Source: Candidatus Lokiarchaeum ossiferum
GTDB taxonomy: Archaea; Asgardarchaeota; Lokiarchaeia; Sigyniarchaeales; Promethearchaeaceae
Assembly: GCA_025839675.1 (NCBI GenBank)
Contig: CP104013.1
Location: 4,110,001 to 4,142,000 of the forward strand
Length of the DNA stretch: 32,000 nt
Direction of reading: 5' to 3'
Part shown: positions 27,633 through 32,000 of the stretch, in pieces
Layout of the letters: every line of letters begins with the position of its first letter
How positions within the stretch are numbered: position 1 is the first letter of the stretch
The notes under the pieces: generated by a model
What the model saw: the letters and a program-made list of their open reading frames with translations, nothing else
What the model was told of the DNA's origin: nothing
Databases searched by the model: none
Made by a program: the position numbers and the translations under genes

Positions 27633-28490
27633 ATGCTTAATAACAACTATCGACTTTATCAAAGTGAGTTAGATATGGATTTAGGTTTAAAAGGAAAAAA
27701 TGTGCTGGTGACAGGAGCAACGGGTGGAATCGGTTTAGTAACTGTCCGGAAATTCATAGAAGAAGGGGCGTTTGTCATTGCCCATTATCATCACAATACT
27801 GCGGAAGCTGAAAGGTTACAACACGAATATTCTTTGTCTATTCTGACTTTAGGGGCAGATTTATCTGATGAAATCCAAGTTCAAGAAATGTTTACCACTA
27901 TTTCTCAAAAAGTTGGAAAAATTGATATTTTAGTGTGTAATGCGGGGATTTGGCCGAAAACGGATGAAACTGTTGCCCAAATGTCCTTTAAACGATGGAA
28001 GCGTACACAAGCGGTCAATTTAGATTCTGTATTTCTCTGTTGTCGGGCTTTCTTCCATCAATTACAAACGCAAATCCGAGAATCTGCTAATATTATTTTG
28101 ATTGGATCTACTGCAGCCATCTTTGGAGAAGCAGGGCATTTAGATTATTCTGCGTCTAAAGCCGCGCTCACCTATGGTTTCACAAAAACATTGAAGAATG
28201 AAATCGTCAAGTATGCTAGATTGGGAAGAGTGAATACCATATGTCCAGGTTGGGTCAAAACCCCCATGTCTGAAGATGCCTTAGCTGATACTAAAGGAGT
28301 AAAGAAAGTATTGCAAACAATTCCGATGCGAAAAATTGCTCAAGCGGAGGATATTGCTCTTTCCATATTAAGCCTTGCATCTGATGTCTTATCGGGTCAT
28401 ATTAGTGGAGAAATATTGACGGTCGCGGGTGGGATGGAAGGTCGAATTCTTTTTTCTCCTACCGAAATTGATCTTGATGCCGCATTTTGA
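27633..28490 (+). CDS. short-chain dehydrogenase/reductase (SDR, FabG-like)
   Basis: Cofactor motif VLVTGATGGIGL. NAG motif 'CNAGIW'. Catalytic Y-x-x-x-K in 'YSASKAAL'. 'PGWVKTPM' is present. The likely true start is ATG 27675 (MDLGLKGKNVLVTGA), with a TTTTAAAG box at about 27617-27624. Confidence 0.9.
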   Translation: MLNNNYRLYQSELDMDLGLKGKNVLVTGATGGIGLVTVRKFIEEGAFVIAHYHHNTAEAERLQHEYSLSILTLGADLSDEIQVQEMFTTISQKVGKIDILVCNAGIWPKTDETVAQMSFKRWKRTQAVNLDSVFLCCRAFFHQLQTQIRESANIILIGSTAAIFGEAGHLDYSASKAALTYGFTKTLKNEIVKYARLGRVNTICPGWVKTPMSEDALADTKGVKKVLQTIPMRKIAQAEDIALSILSLASDVLSGHISGEILTVAGGMEGRILFSPTEIDLDAAF

Positions 28491-28491
28491 A

Positions 28492-31287
28492 CTAAACCAT
28501 GAATTTTTTTTTTTTCAAATCAATTTTTTCTATAGCCAATCTCAGTTCCTCCAAAGTAAAAGGTTTGGGTATAGCATAATCGAATCCATATTTTTCATAA
28601 TTCGCCATGACTGGATCTGTGGAATATCCTGAAGATACAATGGCAAAAATCGTTGGATCAATTTCCCGAATTTTCGTTAAAGTTTCCAAGCCTCCAATAT
28701 CTCCAGGGATGGTTAAATCCAGAATTACTGCATCAAAACCATGTCCTGATACAAATTCTTCACCTAAAATTGATATTGCTTCAATTCCCCCATAGGTTAT
28801 ATAGCTAAAGCACTTTAACTTTTTGAGCATCATCGATATGGTTTTTAGGACTGTTTCTTCATCATCCATGACTAAAATACGATAGTTATATGGGATTTGC
28901 TGAGTTTTTTTAGCTCTTTGTTCAAGTTTTACTTGGTGCTGAGATGCTGGTAAATATATGAAAAACGTCGTTCCTTCTTCAATAATTGAAGAGAATGTAA
29001 GCAATCCTCCATGGCGCGAAATAATTGAAAAACTCGTGGCCAATCCTAAACCTGAGCCATGTTCTTTTGTTGTGAAAAATGGACTAAAAATCTTTTCTTG
29101 AAATTCCTTCGGAATACCTGTTCCTGTATCATGGAATGAAATTTGAACATAATTCCCAGAAGAAAGGGGGAGATTTGAATTATTTTTTTGAGTAAAATTT
29201 CTGGCGGTTATCAACAATTCTCCGCCTGTAGACATTGCTTGATCAGCATTTATTGCGATATTATTTATGACTTGGTTGATTTGTCCTCTATCAATTTCCA
29301 CAGTAGATAAGTCGTCAGCTAAATCATACACACACTTAACTTTGGATCCACGTAAAACAAAATTCACCGACTCTTGGATTAACTCTTTAAGGTTTGCTGT
29401 TTTTTTTATGGGGGCTCCTCCTTTCGAAAAGGTCAGTAATTGATTGGTTAAATCTTTAGCTCGAATTGTTGCCTTTTCTACTTCATTAAGAGATTCAAAT
29501 TGTTCCGAATCTGGATTAATATCATATTTCAACAAAGATAAATTTCCTAATATAGAAGTTAAAATATTATTGAAATCATGAGCAATTCCTCCAGCGAGTA
29601 TTCCTAACGATTCTAATTTTTGGATTTTGATTAATTCTTCTTCAAGTGCTTTTTGATCGGTGATATCAAGCGCGATTCCTCCAATTAGGGGATCTTTTTT
29701 TGGCCGATCAATGCGGAATTTTATGCTTTTAACCGTTCGTACTGTTCCGTCTAAATGCCTTATTGTATCCTCCTGATCCAGAATTTTTTGTTGTAAAATT
29801 ACTTTATTTTCTTTTTCCTTAAACTTGACTTCTTCAACATCAAATAAATCTTTAATTTTCATTTCTCTCCAATTTTTCCCAAAAACATGTTCCTCAGCGT
29901 ATTTATTTACATATAAATACTTTCCATCTAAATCTCTTAGATATATTGATCCTTGGATGTTGTCCATAAACATTGAAAATAATTCTTGGGAATCTCGTAG
30001 ATCCGCTTGACTCGTTTGTAATTCTTGTAGATGTTTTTTTTGTTTTGTGATATCACGTTGAAAGGAGATTAATGCTGTTATGTTTCCATCATCATCAAAA
30101 ATTGCCGATCCCTTGCACTCCACTTCCATAATCTTTCCAGATTTATGAATTAATTCTACTTCAGCATAATTACTTCCCGTTTTTAATAACTGAGGAAAAT
30201 TTTCCTGAAAAATTTGTTGGGATTTTTTAGTAAAGAATTTGGTCATTTTTGATCCCTCAATTTCTTCGCGAGTATAGCCTGTTCCATCCACTGCTGCTTG
30301 ATTTGTTTTAAGGATGATCCCTGAAGTATTCATGATATGAATGAAATCTTTAGAGGTCTTTAGTAGTGAGCTAAATTTGATTTCCGATTTACGTTGTTGC
30401 TGTTCTGCAATTTTTTGTTCGGAAATATCCCGACATATTCCCATAAACTCATAAATTTCGCCTGTTTCAGAAATAATGGGTGCAAAACTGGTGAATAAAT
30501 GGGCATAGGTACCATCAGCTCTTTGGAAACGATAGTTTATATTATCAACTGTCTTTCCATGATATAGGGGTTTTAAAACTTCATTTAATTGATGAAGATC
30601 ATCGGGATGGATATAATCAAATCCATTTAGTGAAAATACTTCAGGTATTGAATATCCGAGCATTTCTGTAAATCCAGAATTAATAAACTTATATTCTCCT
30701 TTGGTATTCACTCGAAATATTGCAACCGAAGGATTTTCTACTAACAATCGATAATTTTGCTCTGATTCTTTTAAGGATTGTTGAGCTTGTTTTTGTTCCG
30801 TAATATCTTCAGCAATACCAACGATTTTTGTAATTATTTCATTTTCTCCTTTGATAATGAACCCCCGATCGGAAATCCAACGAACCTCTCCATCAGGACG
30901 AACTATACGATAATCTCGGATCTTACCTCCCCCAGTTTCAATAATTTTTCTGAAGGACGCGTCAGCTTCTATTTTATCATCTGGATGGATGCTCTTTTCC
31001 CAAAGACTATAATCCTGAAGGATGTCATTCGGTTCCAAATGCCAGATTTCTTTAAAAGCTGGACTTACATATACTACTTTTTGCTTCTGTAAATCAAATA
31101 TCCAAATGACTTCTTTAATTTCTTCGATTAATGCTTTAAAATCATGTTCGTGGCCGATCTGTGTAAATAATTCTTGTCCTCTTTTAAATAATTGCTCTTT
31201 TGCGATATTTGCTCTAAATCGATTTATTAATTCGATTTCTTGATCTATCGGTAATTCTAAGCTTTTAATGAAATCGAGATCATCCAT
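28492..31287 (-). CDS. cytoplasmic hybrid sensor histidine kinase (4x PAS, HisKA, HATPase_c, receiver)
   Basis: 931 aa with no TM segment. There are four PAS/PAC units, each ending in a D-I-T/S-x-Q-K motif (AEDITEQK, CRDISEQK, QRDITKQK, ALDITDQK). H-box GGIAHDFNNILTSILG. G-boxes HDTGTGIP and GSGLGLATS. The C-terminal receiver reads ILVMDDEETV...DAVILDLTIPGDIGG...AIVSSGYS...KPF. Confidence 0.9.
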   Translation of the reverse strand: MDDLDFIKSLELPIDQEIELINRFRANIAKEQLFKRGQELFTQIGHEHDFKALIEEIKEVIWIFDLQKQKVVYVSPAFKEIWHLEPNDILQDYSLWEKSIHPDDKIEADASFRKIIETGGGKIRDYRIVRPDGEVRWISDRGFIIKGENEIITKIVGIAEDITEQKQAQQSLKESEQNYRLLVENPSVAIFRVNTKGEYKFINSGFTEMLGYSIPEVFSLNGFDYIHPDDLHQLNEVLKPLYHGKTVDNINYRFQRADGTYAHLFTSFAPIISETGEIYEFMGICRDISEQKIAEQQQRKSEIKFSSLLKTSKDFIHIMNTSGIILKTNQAAVDGTGYTREEIEGSKMTKFFTKKSQQIFQENFPQLLKTGSNYAEVELIHKSGKIMEVECKGSAIFDDDGNITALISFQRDITKQKKHLQELQTSQADLRDSQELFSMFMDNIQGSIYLRDLDGKYLYVNKYAEEHVFGKNWREMKIKDLFDVEEVKFKEKENKVILQQKILDQEDTIRHLDGTVRTVKSIKFRIDRPKKDPLIGGIALDITDQKALEEELIKIQKLESLGILAGGIAHDFNNILTSILGNLSLLKYDINPDSEQFESLNEVEKATIRAKDLTNQLLTFSKGGAPIKKTANLKELIQESVNFVLRGSKVKCVYDLADDLSTVEIDRGQINQVINNIAINADQAMSTGGELLITARNFTQKNNSNLPLSSGNYVQISFHDTGTGIPKEFQEKIFSPFFTTKEHGSGLGLATSFSIISRHGGLLTFSSIIEEGTTFFIYLPASQHQVKLEQRAKKTQQIPYNYRILVMDDEETVLKTISMMLKKLKCFSYITYGGIEAISILGEEFVSGHGFDAVILDLTIPGDIGGLETLTKIREIDPTIFAIVSSGYSTDPVMANYEKYGFDYAIPKPFTLEELRLAIEKIDLKKKKFMV

Positions 31288-31412
31288 AAATGAGTAATAC
31301 TAAGAAAATCGTACGTATTAACATTTCTTTTTATAAGATACAAATTTTTTCGAAGAAATCGTATTATCCAGATGTTATCACATTTCATCTATTTCATTCC
31401 AATAATTAAAGT

Positions 31413-31742
31413 ATGGATTCCCATATTGCTTCACAGTATCTTGCCAATATAAATCACCTTCAAGATTTGCAAGAAAAAGTGAAATTTTATGAACAATCTA
31501 ATGATTATCACAACGGGATGGATGCTTTTGTGGCTTATATCGAATATGTCCGCTCTTTACAGCAACCTCTAACCTTGATCACCCTCTATATTCGGTTTGC
31601 AAAATTCTGTCTCATGAATAATGACACTCTTTTTGCACGAGATTTATACAAAGAAGCTAAAATATTAATTTCAACTTATGAATCTGATCAAAATTTAGCC
31701 CCAAAAAAAGAAACTTTAAGTCATCCTCATCCGCTCTCATAA
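31413..31742 (+). CDS. small helical (TPR-like) protein, unknown function; first of a tandem paralog pair
   Basis: 109-aa ATG ORF. Its N-terminus QYLANINHLQDLQEKVKFY is paralogous to the N-terminus of the partial ORF at 31925. T11 at 31783-31793 follows. Confidence 0.5.
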   Translation: MDSHIASQYLANINHLQDLQEKVKFYEQSNDYHNGMDAFVAYIEYVRSLQQPLTLITLYIRFAKFCLMNNDTLFARDLYKEAKILISTYESDQNLAPKKETLSHPHPLS

Positions 31743-31782
31743 TTATAAACCTTCATTTTTACCATCAAATGTAATTCTCCGC

Positions 31783-31793
31783 TTTTTTTTTTT
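31783..31793 (+). terminator. oligo-T (T11) terminator after 31413..31742
   Basis: T11 lies 41 nt after the stop codon. Confidence 0.4.
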
Positions 31794-31924
31794 CTTTCTT
31801 TCTCTTTTCAATTATTCTTAATTAGATTTATCTTGCGATATTCGCTTAGGTATCCTGTTATGTATCATGGGGATATCATTTCAGATGTTATGTCAATTCA
31901 AATGTTTTGAGTTTTTGAACTATT

Positions 31925-32000
31925 ATGATGAGAACCCAATTCGAATATCTCGCCAGTGTGAATAAATTGCAATCACTTCAACAACAAGTGGCCTATTGGG
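31925..32000 (+). CDS. 3'-truncated paralog of 31413..31742 (runs off the window)
   Basis: Hand translation gives MMRTQFEYLASVNKLQSLQQQVAYW with no stop before the window end. About 9 of 19 residues are identical to the neighbouring protein's N-terminus, and the upstream CAGATGTTAT motif sits at the same spacing. Confidence 0.4.
   Translation, partial: MMRTQFEYLASVNKLQSLQQQVAYW

Noticed and set aside
1-32000. Search for CRISPR arrays, rRNA genes, transposases/integrases, long terminal or inverted repeats, and prophage or defence-island hallmarks.
   Set aside because: I saw no regularly spaced direct repeats, no rRNA-like GC-rich blocks apart from the single tRNA, and no ORF with DDE, tyrosine- or serine-recombinase, nuclease or ATPase defence motifs.

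Overview
This is a visibly AT-rich, gene-dense chromosomal segment with about 28 credible CDS, one stop-interrupted gene and one tRNA. GC content was not computed. It looks archaeal, and the style of the proteins (multi-PAS kinase, TPR fusions, many ArsR-type wHTH proteins) fits an Asgard/Lokiarchaeia-like or similar AT-rich archaeon. That taxonomic call is inference only. It rests on an SRP54 with an archaeal/eukaryal-type N-terminus ('[11 protein letters not shown]'), oligo-T tracts after genes instead of GC-rich hairpins, and TATA-like A/T boxes about 25 nt upstream of start codons, which suggests leaderless mRNAs. The housekeeping anchors are cysS (14540-15988, -), srp54 (18356-19744, -) and tRNA-Cys(GCA) (21944-22019, -). 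Polytopic membrane proteins of unknown family fill most of the remaining window. It also holds five ArsR/wHTH regulators within about 9 kb, an Atg22/UMF1-type MFS transporter and an MthK-like K+ channel with a non-canonical filter. Sensory proteins include an MCP with a 6-TM input module, a cytoplasmic 4xPAS hybrid histidine kinase and a CheY-like receiver broken by an in-frame TAA. The best candidates for something undescribed are two. (1) 7.8-11.5 kb carries an amplified module of three paralogous 6-TM proteins with a near-invariant 'YDIMSSGDGF' loop, interleaved with two paralogous ArsR-type regulators. (2) A roughly 110-aa alpha/beta (roadblock/longin-like) domain is fused once to a 7-TM module next to the broken receiver and once to a long TPR scaffold between the MCP and the hybrid kinase. 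I found no CRISPR array, rRNA, transposase, integrase or obvious prophage genes.
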